Numbered from the stretch's first letter, positions 35,445 through 44,529 are shown. The stretch is DNA of 44,529 nt from Chthonomonadales bacterium (GCA_037443035.1 JBBIPC010000025.1:1-44529); one strand, 5' to 3'. The notes: generated from the letters alone by a model not told the origin. Translations and numbers: made by a program.

Positions 35445-36461
35445 ATGTCCCTCCTGAGTCGCCGCAGCTTACTTGTAGGCACGTTTTCCGCTCTACCAAT
35501 GAGCTCGGCAGAGAGGAGCCAAAGAGGTGCCATGAAACCTGCAATCTTGCAGACGGTGCGGGGACCCGTGGCGAGCGATCGGTTGGGCCGTATGCTCCCT
35601 CACGAGCATGTCATGGTAGATTTCGTTGGAGCGGACAAGACCGGACCACACCGCTGGGACGATAACGAGGTTTTCCGAGTCATGCGACCGCACCTCGATG
35701 CTGCACGGAAAGCAGGCGTTACCTGTATCGCTGAATGTACGCCCATGTATCTCGGCCGGCATGTCCGCTTGCTTAGGCGCCTCTCGGAGGCCACTCGGCT
35801 GCATCTGTTGACCAATACGGGTCTCTACAAGGCTCCGTACCTGCCGCCGTATGCTTTCGAAGAGTCTGCCGACCAACTGGCCGCCCGCTGGATTGCCGAG
35901 TGGGAAAAGGGCATCGAGGGAACAGGAATCCGGCCAGGGTTCATCAAGATCGCCGTGAACCCTGGCAAGCTCGAGCCAGTTCAGCGCAAGATCGTCACGG
36001 CGGCAGCACGAACGAGCAGACAAACGGGGCTTGCCATCGCATGCCATACGGGGCACGGAGGAGCCACCCTCGAATGCTTGGAGGTACTCAGGAGAGAAGA
36101 TCTGCCGCTCGAACGTTTCATATTCGTCCATGCCGACGCAGAAGCGGATCGTCGGTACCACCTTCAGGTCGCGCGTGCTGGGGCATGGCTGGAATACGAC
36201 TCCATCGGCTGGAGACCGCTGGAAGAGCATGTCCGGCTCATCACGTCGTTCCTCGGCGATGGCCTACAGGACCGTCTACTCCTTTCTCACGATGCCGGCT
36301 GGTACCACGTCGGCGAACCCAATGGGGGCGAGGTTAGACCCATGACACGGCTCTTCGATGAGCTCCTGCCCATACTCCGCCGGGAGGGCGTCACGGAGTC
36401 GGTTCTGGACCAACTCACACAGAAGAACCCTCATCAGGCGTTTCGGCTACGCAAAGCGTGA
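35445..36461 (+). CDS. Phosphotriesterase/PTE-like lactonase (amidohydrolase superfamily)
   Basis: QTVRGPV, LPHEH, GFIKIA (carbamylated Lys), IACHT, FVHAD, LLSHDAGWY. The N-terminus carries SRRSLL. Confidence 0.9.
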   Translation: MSLLSRRSLLVGTFSALPMSSAERSQRGAMKPAILQTVRGPVASDRLGRMLPHEHVMVDFVGADKTGPHRWDDNEVFRVMRPHLDAARKAGVTCIAECTPMYLGRHVRLLRRLSEATRLHLLTNTGLYKAPYLPPYAFEESADQLAARWIAEWEKGIEGTGIRPGFIKIAVNPGKLEPVQRKIVTAAARTSRQTGLAIACHTGHGGATLECLEVLRREDLPLERFIFVHADAEADRRYHLQVARAGAWLEYDSIGWRPLEEHVRLITSFLGDGLQDRLLLSHDAGWYHVGEPNGGEVRPMTRLFDELLPILRREGVTESVLDQLTQKNPHQAFRLRKA

Positions 36462-36497
36462 GTTCGGGGAGGTCCGTGGCGCAAAAAGGAGGCTCCA

Positions 36498-39224
36498 ATG
36501 AAGGCTGCGCAGTTGCTCTGTGTACCGCTGGCAATCGCTGTTGCGGCGATCCGCATGCAAGCCACAGCGAATCTTGTCGCCAACGGCGACTTCGCACAAG
36601 TCGCTGACGGCAAGCCTGCCCATTGGGAGGCCGCCGGTGACCCCCGCTCGGTAGAGCAGAGCTTGACTGTCATCCGAGAAGGAGGGCGAAACTGCGCCAG
36701 GCTTGCGTGCACTCGGATCGAAGGCGAAGGCGGGGCCGTCCATGCCATGCTGGCGCAGGTCGGGATGCTCCATCTCGAAGCGGGCAGGCTCTACGAGTTC
36801 CGTTGCCGTGCCCGTCAGGAGGGTATCCGCGGCCGCAGCGTCTCCGTCGCCATCTCGGATATGTCCATCTGGGAGAACTGCGGACTGGAAGCCAGCCTGG
36901 GAGTGGAGCACATATGGAGGGAGTACCGAATACCCTTCCGCGCCACTAGGACTGTGGACAAGACCAGCCGCCTCCAGTTCTGGTACCTGGAGACCGGCAC
37001 ACTGTACATATCCGACGTAAGTATTACTGAAATCGCGGCACAGAAGGTCGAATTCACGCAGGTCGTCCCCGTCACTCGGAGCGCCAACCTCGTGCCTAAT
37101 GGCTCTTTCGCACTGGGAGGCTCTGGCTGGGGTACCGTGGGTATTCGGACGGGCTGGGGAGATCTGGCTCATCTTCATGGTCACATCGTCCGATCCGGTG
37201 AGCCCGGCCATCCTCACTTCCTTCGCATTCCCATGGGCAACGGCCGGACGCCGATGCTGGGGTTCGATTACTATCGTCCAGTCATGCAACTCCAGTTGCG
37301 CGCTCTGGCGGCGAACCTGAGGTGGATACCCCTGGAACTCGGGGCGACCTATACACTCTCTGTGGACGTCCGTTCCAGTGTCGCGGGTGTGCGCGCAGCA
37401 CTCGGATATGCCTCCCTCAATCCGGAGGATTCCGCATGGAATGTCCAACGCGGTGGTGAGACTGTCAGCCTGACCACAGGATGGAAACGGTATTCCATCC
37501 TCTTCACAGCGACCCGACGGTACGCATTCGTCATGGTCGGCCCAGATCTCGCCGAAGATCAGGCGGTCGAGGTGGATCTGGACAATGTATCGCTGACAAA
37601 GGGGGCATCACCGGCAAGCTACGTACCGCATGCAGCGCTGGAAGTCGCGGTGGAGGCAACCAAGCCTGGCGGGGCGTTCGTGGTCGGCGAAACTGCCTAT
37701 CTCGTAGTGCGCGCTGCTAACAACGATAACAGACCGCGCCCGGTGACGGTACATCTGCAGCCTCGGGACTATTACGGCCGGCCGGCCTCCATGCAGGAAG
37801 TCCGTCTCATAACTCCTGCCGGCGGAGTTGCGGAACGGCGCGTTCCAATGCCCTCGACGTGGCGCGGGTGGTACGGGATCACCATCGCGGCCAGCAGCGA
37901 CCGCGACGATAGCCTCAGCGTCATCACGCCAGAGATTCGCGTGAGCATCGTGCCCCGGTCCGTCGGACCGACTGTTCTGGGCCTGAACCACGCTTTCCCG
38001 GACCCATGGCTCATTCCCATTGCGCGGCTGGCGGGGATTAGCGAGTATCGGGACTGGTCACTCAAGTGGGAGCACATGGAACCGCAGCCTGGTCACTACC
38101 AGTGGGAGCTTGCAGACGCCCAGATACAGCGGGTCCTCGACACAGGCGCCTCTGTGATGGCTTTGCTCCCTCCATTTCCGTCGGCCGAATGGTCGTCCAC
38201 AGCGCCCCTATCTCTCCGCACCTCCGGCTACCCAGGCGAGCGGCTGCGACAGGCCTGGGCACCGCAAGATCCAGCGCTCTTGGCCGAGTTCGCCCGCCGA
38301 GCGGTCTTGCACTACAAAGACCGTATACGGGTATGGGAATTCCTCAATGAGCCGATCTATACGGACTATTCCCTACCGCGGTCCCACTACAAACCTGCGG
38401 ATTACGTAGAGCTTCTCCGTCCCGTAGCGGCAGCAATCCGCAACGCGGACCCCAACGCACAAATCATGGGCGGAGCTGGTGCAGGCCCAGGTGGCGTCAC
38501 GAGGGAGCTGATAGCCGCGGGCCTCCTCGACCTGGTGGACCTCTTGAACCTGCACATCTACCCAGGGTCACGTGCACCGGAGGGCTACATTGCGGAAATG
38601 GAAAGACTCCAGAGCGAAATGCGGCGCCTACGAAAGGTCAGGCCAATCTGGATCACTGAGTTTTCCTATTACGGCGCTGACAACCTGCCTCGAAAACCTT
38701 TCATGCCGCAAAGTGGCGATTGGGCTGAGGCGCGACTGTTGGATAGTGAAAAGCAGTGTGCCGACTACACTGTCCGCTTCTGCCTCATCATGCTTTCCCA
38801 CGGTTGCGAGAAGATCTTCCTCCACTCGGGGTCTTGCGGCTCGGTCAACATGCCTGCCTTCGAGTGTTGCCTGTTCGACTATGGCGGCGCGCCGCGTAAG
38901 GTCGCATCTGTGCTAGGCCAACTCTCCGGCCTTCTCGGACCACATCCACGAGCGGTCGCGGTTCCGCCGTTGCCCGAAGGGGTCTACGCCGCTGCTTTCG
39001 AGACTGGCTCTGCGTCAGTTGCAGCAGTGTGGGCGACCATATCTGAGTGGAAGTTTCGTGTGCCCAAGGGCATGCGATGCGCGGATACTGTCGGGCGGAT
39101 GCTGCGAGAGCCAGCCATCGTCCTGGCCGAGTCGCCTATCTTTCTCACTGCACCCTCTGGGCAGGCAAGGTCACTCGTGGCGACCATTCGGGGGAATGTC
39201 ATGAAGGTGCAGAGCAACCGCTGA
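36498..39224 (+). CDS. Secreted clan GH-A glycoside hydrolase with two CBM4/9-like modules
   Basis: Signal peptide; NLVANGDF and NLVPNGSF module starts; VWEFLNEP and IWITEFSY catalytic glutamates; AGGAGG RBS. Confidence 0.78.
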   Translation: MKAAQLLCVPLAIAVAAIRMQATANLVANGDFAQVADGKPAHWEAAGDPRSVEQSLTVIREGGRNCARLACTRIEGEGGAVHAMLAQVGMLHLEAGRLYEFRCRARQEGIRGRSVSVAISDMSIWENCGLEASLGVEHIWREYRIPFRATRTVDKTSRLQFWYLETGTLYISDVSITEIAAQKVEFTQVVPVTRSANLVPNGSFALGGSGWGTVGIRTGWGDLAHLHGHIVRSGEPGHPHFLRIPMGNGRTPMLGFDYYRPVMQLQLRALAANLRWIPLELGATYTLSVDVRSSVAGVRAALGYASLNPEDSAWNVQRGGETVSLTTGWKRYSILFTATRRYAFVMVGPDLAEDQAVEVDLDNVSLTKGASPASYVPHAALEVAVEATKPGGAFVVGETAYLVVRAANNDNRPRPVTVHLQPRDYYGRPASMQEVRLITPAGGVAERRVPMPSTWRGWYGITIAASSDRDDSLSVITPEIRVSIVPRSVGPTVLGLNHAFPDPWLIPIARLAGISEYRDWSLKWEHMEPQPGHYQWELADAQIQRVLDTGASVMALLPPFPSAEWSSTAPLSLRTSGYPGERLRQAWAPQDPALLAEFARRAVLHYKDRIRVWEFLNEPIYTDYSLPRSHYKPADYVELLRPVAAAIRNADPNAQIMGGAGAGPGGVTRELIAAGLLDLVDLLNLHIYPGSRAPEGYIAEMERLQSEMRRLRKVRPIWITEFSYYGADNLPRKPFMPQSGDWAEARLLDSEKQCADYTVRFCLIMLSHGCEKIFLHSGSCGSVNMPAFECCLFDYGGAPRKVASVLGQLSGLLGPHPRAVAVPPLPEGVYAAAFETGSASVAAVWATISEWKFRVPKGMRCADTVGRMLREPAIVLAESPIFLTAPSGQARSLVATIRGNVMKVQSNR

Positions 39225-39250
39225 AGGGGCATGGAGCCGAGCGGGCTCGG

Positions 39251-42200
39251 CTACGGAGTGACCCGGGCCCGTCCACTCGTGGGCAACAGCATGGAACGGT
39301 CGCCGCGGCGGGCATCGAGAACATACCATCCCGAAGGATCGGCTGTCGAGAAACGATAGCGCAAGTCACCGTTCGCATCGGTGCGGCGCCTCTCGTTACC
39401 GATCATGAGAATGGCGTTCGGCACCGGTTTTCTGATAACCCGTATCGGCGTGACCGTGATCGAGGCAATCAGATGGGTCCCTCCCCACGCATCGAGCCGG
39501 ATGTCGGCGCCGCCGTTCATGGCTCCTCGCAACCGCGCATCCGGCAGCAGTAGACACGCCGTACGCCACGTGCCGGTCCCCCGCTTGTGGACCCAGGCGC
39601 TCCCTTTGTAATCGCCGTTGAACTCGCCGAACCGGTACGGCATCGCCAGCGCATCCGACGAGTTGTACTGCAGTCGGAACGCCCCCGGCGCGTCATCGAA
39701 ATAGTCCAAACGCACTTCCAGAACACCGTCCCGAAAACCATCAGCGTCTTTGCTTACGCTCCAATACAAGTAAGGGGATTCGGCAAGTCCGACTCTCCAA
39801 CAGGAAATGCCCTCATGCTGAACGATCGTGTAGTTTCCGTCCAAGAACCGGACGGGCTTCATACCAACACCCGCGCCACTCGCATTGCATTCCTGCGAGA
39901 CACCCTTTTCGCCGAGCTTCTCTTCGACGGTCTCGAACACGACTTCCTCGCCTCGACGAACCGAGCCAGGCGCGACGATACTCAGCCTTCGCACCTCCCT
40001 GGTACTGACCACCACTGCGCCGAAGCTCGAGATCGTGTCGTCCACTTCGCAGTAGGCCTGCTCGCGGCTGAACGCGCTTGTCTGCCCCATATCCGGCAGG
40101 CGGATGAGGAGCGTCCCATCGTTTGCGCGCGTAACCTGAACCGTCGTGGAGAGACCGCTCCACTCGCCGGGGTACCACTCCGCATAGCACCTGCCGAAGA
40201 AACCGTAACGCGTGCCGTCGAGCCGTACCACGAAGGCCGAGCGCTCGCGGCGCAGATCCACGATGGGTATCACCACCGCCGGCCCCGAAACGAACGGGCA
40301 CGTGCGCCGGTCCACCTCCAGCACGGTGGCCCAGACACTGTCAGGAGTCTGAATGCCGTCGGAGCCTCGGTACAGCGTGTACCAATAGAGCCCCTTCAGA
40401 GCGCTCAACAGCCTGCCCACGACCTCCACCTTCCGGCCATACTCGCTCGCGCTCGCACCGAGACGCGATCGGGTGAGGAAGGCCAGCTCCACCGAGCGCC
40501 GGGCCCGAACCACTGCCGGGCCGGACGTGCCGGGCAGAACCGGGTAGTCGCCACTGAAAATGCGGTCGGGAAACGTCGTCGCGATCATCTCGGGGAAGCC
40601 GAAAGGCATCCACATGTCGTAACCTGCGTGGCCCATATGCAGGTTCTGCGCGGCCACATCGGACGCACCCTCGTACCAGATATAGAAGTCCTCGGGGACT
40701 GCGTACTTCGGATCGCGCCAGATGCGCCGGGTCACTTCCAGCATGCCCTGAGCGCCAGCTCCCGAGTGGGTGTGGCCGTGGGACCAATCGGTGCAATACT
40801 GGCTGGGGAACGCTCCGAGCTGATCCCACTGCACGCCGCTGAAGCCATAGTCGCGCGCGTACTTTCGCGTCCACCACAGCACGTAGTCCTGCCAATGCCG
40901 ACTGGCGAGGCACGTCTGCGCCAAGTTGCCGAAGTAATGCTGCTCGACGTAGCCGTAGCTTCCATCGAGCTTCCGGGCCACGTCGCTCCGGTAACGTTCC
41001 CAGAGGGGCCGCAACGCAACGGCGTCAGGCGGGGCCATGGCCAAACGTCTCTGGAACTCCGGGTCGTTGGCATGCGGAACCTGCGGGAACCCTTCCCATG
41101 TGTAGATCGGGTTGATATAGGGCACCACACGGCCGCCGCGACGCCGGATCCGCCGCATCACTGCGCGCAGCTTGTCCTCGCCGCCAAGCGTCGGATCGGG
41201 CCACCACCAGCCGAAATCGTGGCCCAGAAACTCCTGCCCAGCTAGGCCGATGGTCGGCGTTCCCAGCGCCACTGCCTCATCCATGAGCGAGCGCTCGACG
41301 TCCTCCCACCGGTAGCGAGACGTCAGCGGCGGTCGCTCCATGCCCATGCTCCAGATCATGGCCTGCCAACGCCAGTTGGGCATTTCGCGGGCCCACGTCG
41401 GTACGCGCGGCTTCGCCATGAACGGCGCGGCCCATTCCCGATAGGTCCTTGCTCCCCACCGCCAATCTCCGGTGTGGATGCCGACGGCGGCTTCGAGTGC
41501 CAGGCGCTCGCCCTTCCGGATGCGAACATACTTCCCGATGCCCACATTGATGCCGGCCGCGGATGGGACCGGCCGGCTCTCGAGGAAGCCCCCGATCAGA
41601 CTGCGGTCTTCCGACGCCAGGTACAGCCCGCCCGAAGCGTCGTACAGGTCCATCCAGAACATCCCCGCGCTACCGGGGTAGATGAGCCGCGGCTGGTTCC
41701 ACCATCCTTGATAGGTCAGGCCGTCCACGATCTCGCCGGGCTTTCGTTCGAGGTTGTGCGCGGGGTCTGGAATGCGCTGGCCGTATCGATTCGGACGCAC
41801 CAGCACGTCGTCAGAGCCGTCGCCGCCGATGCGCACCTGCTCGAATGTGGGGAAGATCACCTCGGCGATGTCGTCGTTGCCCGTGTTGCGGACTTCGATA
41901 CTCCAGTCCGTCTTGGCGCCCGCATCCGGAGCGCGCACCGCGACCTTCACGGTAACCCCCTCGCCGACGTACCGCGCCTCTAGTCGTTGTCCTTTGACGG
42001 TCGTCGAAACACAGGTGAGCGTCACCTCCGCAAGCGCTCCCGAACGGTTCCGAAACACGCGAACCGGAACGGTGCCCGAGCCGTGAATACACTCGGTAGA
42101 CGAAACCAGGTTACGAAGCGACCGAACGCGGCCAGATGCGTCGAAAACCACCTGAACGCGCCGGTTCCCTACGAGTACGGTGGGAGCGCGAGTACTGCCA

Positions 42201-42274
42201 AGGCACGCCACTCCCAACCATGCCGTTAGGGTCGCGGCCGCGGCTTGCGAGAATATCCCCATTCGCAGTCCCAT
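39251..42274 (-). CDS. Secreted DUF6259-like putative glycoside hydrolase with C-terminal DUF5010_C-like domain
   Basis: Signal peptide; YPGSAGMFWMDLYD..GGLYLAS, HTGDWRWGARTYREW, YINP, GVQWDQLG; C-terminal YLYW...LDYFD...FRLQYNS...GTWRTA..LPDA...NGGADIRL. Confidence 0.65.
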   Translation of the reverse strand: MGLRMGIFSQAAAATLTAWLGVACLGSTRAPTVLVGNRRVQVVFDASGRVRSLRNLVSSTECIHGSGTVPVRVFRNRSGALAEVTLTCVSTTVKGQRLEARYVGEGVTVKVAVRAPDAGAKTDWSIEVRNTGNDDIAEVIFPTFEQVRIGGDGSDDVLVRPNRYGQRIPDPAHNLERKPGEIVDGLTYQGWWNQPRLIYPGSAGMFWMDLYDASGGLYLASEDRSLIGGFLESRPVPSAAGINVGIGKYVRIRKGERLALEAAVGIHTGDWRWGARTYREWAAPFMAKPRVPTWAREMPNWRWQAMIWSMGMERPPLTSRYRWEDVERSLMDEAVALGTPTIGLAGQEFLGHDFGWWWPDPTLGGEDKLRAVMRRIRRRGGRVVPYINPIYTWEGFPQVPHANDPEFQRRLAMAPPDAVALRPLWERYRSDVARKLDGSYGYVEQHYFGNLAQTCLASRHWQDYVLWWTRKYARDYGFSGVQWDQLGAFPSQYCTDWSHGHTHSGAGAQGMLEVTRRIWRDPKYAVPEDFYIWYEGASDVAAQNLHMGHAGYDMWMPFGFPEMIATTFPDRIFSGDYPVLPGTSGPAVVRARRSVELAFLTRSRLGASASEYGRKVEVVGRLLSALKGLYWYTLYRGSDGIQTPDSVWATVLEVDRRTCPFVSGPAVVIPIVDLRRERSAFVVRLDGTRYGFFGRCYAEWYPGEWSGLSTTVQVTRANDGTLLIRLPDMGQTSAFSREQAYCEVDDTISSFGAVVVSTREVRRLSIVAPGSVRRGEEVVFETVEEKLGEKGVSQECNASGAGVGMKPVRFLDGNYTIVQHEGISCWRVGLAESPYLYWSVSKDADGFRDGVLEVRLDYFDDAPGAFRLQYNSSDALAMPYRFGEFNGDYKGSAWVHKRGTGTWRTACLLLPDARLRGAMNGGADIRLDAWGGTHLIASITVTPIRVIRKPVPNAILMIGNERRRTDANGDLRYRFSTADPSGWYVLDARRGDRSMLLPTSGRARVTP

Positions 42275-42369
42275 GGGACCTCTGTGCCTCGTGCGGACGG
42301 CTCATGGTACACAGCCCATCCACGGGCACCCAAGCCACTGACGGCTGAGCCCAAGCATCCACCGTCCAG

Positions 42370-42389
42370 TCTCAGTGTCCCGACTGAGA
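42370..42389. terminator. Short hairpin between the HEPN-like ORF and the DUF6259-like gene
   Basis: TCTCAGT-GTCCCG-ACTGAGA, a perfect 7-bp stem; no clear U-tract. Confidence 0.3.
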
Positions 42390-42438
42390 TCGCTGCGTTA
42401 CTGCGACCGCTCCCACGACGGGCGCACCAGGCCAGTTC

Positions 42439-42840
42439 TCAAGTGTTCCATCCTACCCGAAACGCAGCGGCCAGGCGCCCGAGGGATGAGCGTGATATTG
42501 GGGAGCTGGAGAAGGCGCCGCCGATGACGTCCTGCAACCAGACGCGAGCCACCTCCAGTACCCGCTCCGCGTCATCCGCCGTGGCGGTCTGCCCGTTGTG
42601 CACGCAGTAGCAACGACGTCGCCAGAGTTTTACCATGGTCTTCTCGGCATCGGTGCCATGGAAACGCCGGTCGAAGAAGGTGACCACCTCCGGCCGGTCG
42701 ATGGCACTGAGCCTGCGCACGAAGTTTCGACCATCCACCCGCGATGTGCTGATCTCCTGCGCCACGCTGGTCTCTATGGCCACCCACGCCCACTCCAGCG
42801 CCATTGCGTGCCGCCCCTGCAGCGCCAACCGACCCGCCAT
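42439..42840 (-). CDS. HEPN-like domain protein (possibly N-terminally truncated)
   Basis: Helical pattern A..LALQG.HAMALEWAWVAIE, then LWRRRCYCVHNG (Rx4H at 42598-42615) followed by TADDAERVLEVARVWL, the usual HEPN C-terminal helix. Confidence 0.6.
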   Translation of the reverse strand: MAGRLALQGRHAMALEWAWVAIETSVAQEISTSRVDGRNFVRRLSAIDRPEVVTFFDRRFHGTDAEKTMVKLWRRRCYCVHNGQTATADDAERVLEVARVWLQDVIGGAFSSSPISRSSLGRLAAAFRVGWNT

Positions 42841-43254
42841 ATGATAGATGTCCCACGCTACCCAACCCGGCTCCGAATGACGGGAGACGGAGTTTGAAAC
42901 CTATTCACGACTGGCGCCGCTCCGACTTGCCGTGCGCCGCCAGCGATAGTCGAAGATTTCTTCGGAAGGTAGTTCCGGATTCGTGGCAGGAAGTACGAGT
43001 AGGGATATGGAAGGAGACTGCAGTGGGCGCATCGTATTAGGGGGCAATGCATTGCTTCGAATTCTATGGGTTACTTCTGCGTCGGAGGGGTCGCCCGGGA
43101 GAAAGCTGCTGATCGACTGGATGTTCGGTCCTGCACCAAGGACACCACACGCAACGAATGGACGCGATGCTATGGCTCCACACCCCCCTGGCGTGAGTAG
43201 TTCTTCAGATCGCGTTTATCCATAGTTCTACGCTGGCAGAAAGGAGGATGGACG

Positions 43255-44478
43255 ATGCCACGAACAGTGCCTGAACCACCGACCTGGCACGCCCCGCCAG
43301 GTCACGAGACCATCACCCTGCACCTCAAGCTGATCACCCCAGTGTTCGGCGGCGGCTACGAGCCCCGCGAAGTGGACCCCCTCATGCCCATCCGCCCAGC
43401 AGCCATCCGCGGCCATCTCAGGTTCTGGTGGAGGGCGCTGTACGGTGAACCGTCATCGGAGTCAGCTGATATGCTCCAGAGAGAGGCCCTTCTCTGGGGC
43501 ACAATGAGCCGCCCCGGGAGCGTCAGGGTCACTTGCGAGGTACTCAGTCGAGGGCTAGAGGTGCAATACGCCAGTGTTGCACACAAGGCAGACCCCCGAC
43601 GCGGGCCTAGGCAGGGCGTTTTCCTGTTCCCGTTCCAGGAACAGAGGTCGGAGAACCTTCCGGCTGCTAGCGCCTGCAAGGATGCAGAGTTCGAATTCTG
43701 CGTGAGCTGGGAAAAAGGCGTGCTGAATAAACAGCAGGAGGCTGAAATCCGAGGTTCGGTCAGAGCGTGGATCGCCTTTGGCGGCGTCGGGGCCAGGACG
43801 CGCCGTGGATGCGGAGCGTTGACCCTTAAGGTGCCCACAGCCGATTGGCTCCCGCCGGCGGGTGCAGGCGAACTCGGAGCGTGGCTCCGATCGCTTGTTG
43901 AACCCAACAGCGGTGCTAGTCCGACGGGCAGGGCGCTGATCTCCAGCCTTCGGGGTGCAACGGTTGTCTTGGGTAGCCCTGGCGACGCAATGGCCGTTTG
44001 GGAAAGATTGGGCACCTTCTGGGCAAGCTTTCGCAAGGGCCACGTCGGAGAGACACCCTACGAGCCAATGCGCGGCGGCAAGTGGCTGGACTTCGCCACA
44101 TTGCGGCGCTTGCACGGACGGGATAGCGCGCGGCTCAACAAGCCATATCTGGGACTACCCATCATCTATCAGAAGCTCCCTGGCGTACGTTACGCGCCGA
44201 AGATCGAGGCCGAAGGGAGCGGACGGATGGCTTCGCCAGTGATCCTGAAACCCCTCAGCATGAGCGATGGATCCGTCCGACCTATGGTGGCAATCCTCCG
44301 CTGTCCCTCGCCATCGGCAGTGCGGATTGATGGCCGCCCATATGCTTTGCAGCCAAATGGGAGTGATCCCGTCCTCAAGGCAGTTGCCGCCAACGATCCG
44401 TTAGGTGCCGTCGTCCGTGCCGCTGTTTCGTTCTTCAGGCCCAATCCGTTGGTAGTCACGGGGAGGAGCGCCAGATGA
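43255..44478 (+). CDS. cmr1: Type III-B CRISPR RAMP protein Cmr1
   Basis: LITPVFGGG, IRPAAIRGHLRFWWR, EALLWG, G-rich loop FGGVGARTRRGCGAL, LGLPI, RMASPVILKP; AAAGGAGG RBS. Confidence 0.92.
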   Translation: MPRTVPEPPTWHAPPGHETITLHLKLITPVFGGGYEPREVDPLMPIRPAAIRGHLRFWWRALYGEPSSESADMLQREALLWGTMSRPGSVRVTCEVLSRGLEVQYASVAHKADPRRGPRQGVFLFPFQEQRSENLPAASACKDAEFEFCVSWEKGVLNKQQEAEIRGSVRAWIAFGGVGARTRRGCGALTLKVPTADWLPPAGAGELGAWLRSLVEPNSGASPTGRALISSLRGATVVLGSPGDAMAVWERLGTFWASFRKGHVGETPYEPMRGGKWLDFATLRRLHGRDSARLNKPYLGLPIIYQKLPGVRYAPKIEAEGSGRMASPVILKPLSMSDGSVRPMVAILRCPSPSAVRIDGRPYALQPNGSDPVLKAVAANDPLGAVVRAAVSFFRPNPLVVTGRSAR

Positions 44479-44529
44479 CCCATCTCCTCTCCATCTCCAT
44501 TGGACCCGTCCAGCCGTTCATCGAGGCGG
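44475..44529 (+). CDS. cas10: Type III-B Cas10/Cmr2, 5' end only (truncated by window)
   Basis: ATG overlaps the cmr1 stop (ATGA). Translates to MTHLLSISIGPVQPFIEA, the L..SIGPVQ.FI motif that begins the Cmr2 N-terminal region. Confidence 0.85.
   Translation, partial: MTHLLSISIGPVQPFIEA

Noticed and set aside
39587..41245. 552-aa plus-strand ORF opposite the DUF6259-like gene
   Set aside because: Antisense shadow with Arg/Ala/His-rich composition typical of non-coding frames at high GC.
42866..42900. Possible lone CRISPR repeat (CTCCG...CGGAG hairpin ending GTTTGAAAC) near cmr1
   Set aside because: Only one copy, with no repeat-spacer periodicity anywhere in the window, and it lies in the upstream extension of the HEPN-like frame. 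A GAAAC ending alone is insufficient.

Overview
GC-rich bacterial chromosomal segment. The gene content (many secreted clan GH-A and DUF-type carbohydrate enzymes, a DUF6785/DUF6784-like membrane protein) suggests an Armatimonadota-like organism; this is inference only. The first ~1.4 kb is decayed DNA: three REP-like palindromes, an Ig-like C-terminal fragment, a WD40 pseudogene and an IS481-like relic. The body of the window mixes housekeeping genes (metG with an atypical KMSKS loop, nadD, an orphan 2-oxoacid dehydrogenase E2, photolyase, nitroreductase) with about nine carbohydrate-active genes and a ROK kinase / PIG-L deacetylase / NahK-like kinase amino-sugar cluster. Two defence-related candidates stand out. 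One is a tightly coupled ABC-type (AAA_15/AAA_21-like) ATPase plus a small putative nuclease-fold protein embedded in a metabolic gene run (20405-22034). The other is a stand-alone HEPN-like (Rx4H) ORF divergent from the start of a type III-B CRISPR-Cas operon (cmr1, then a cas10/cmr2 lacking the HD domain, truncated by the window end). No tRNA, rRNA or CRISPR array was seen. All family assignments are by motif recognition; no database search was run.
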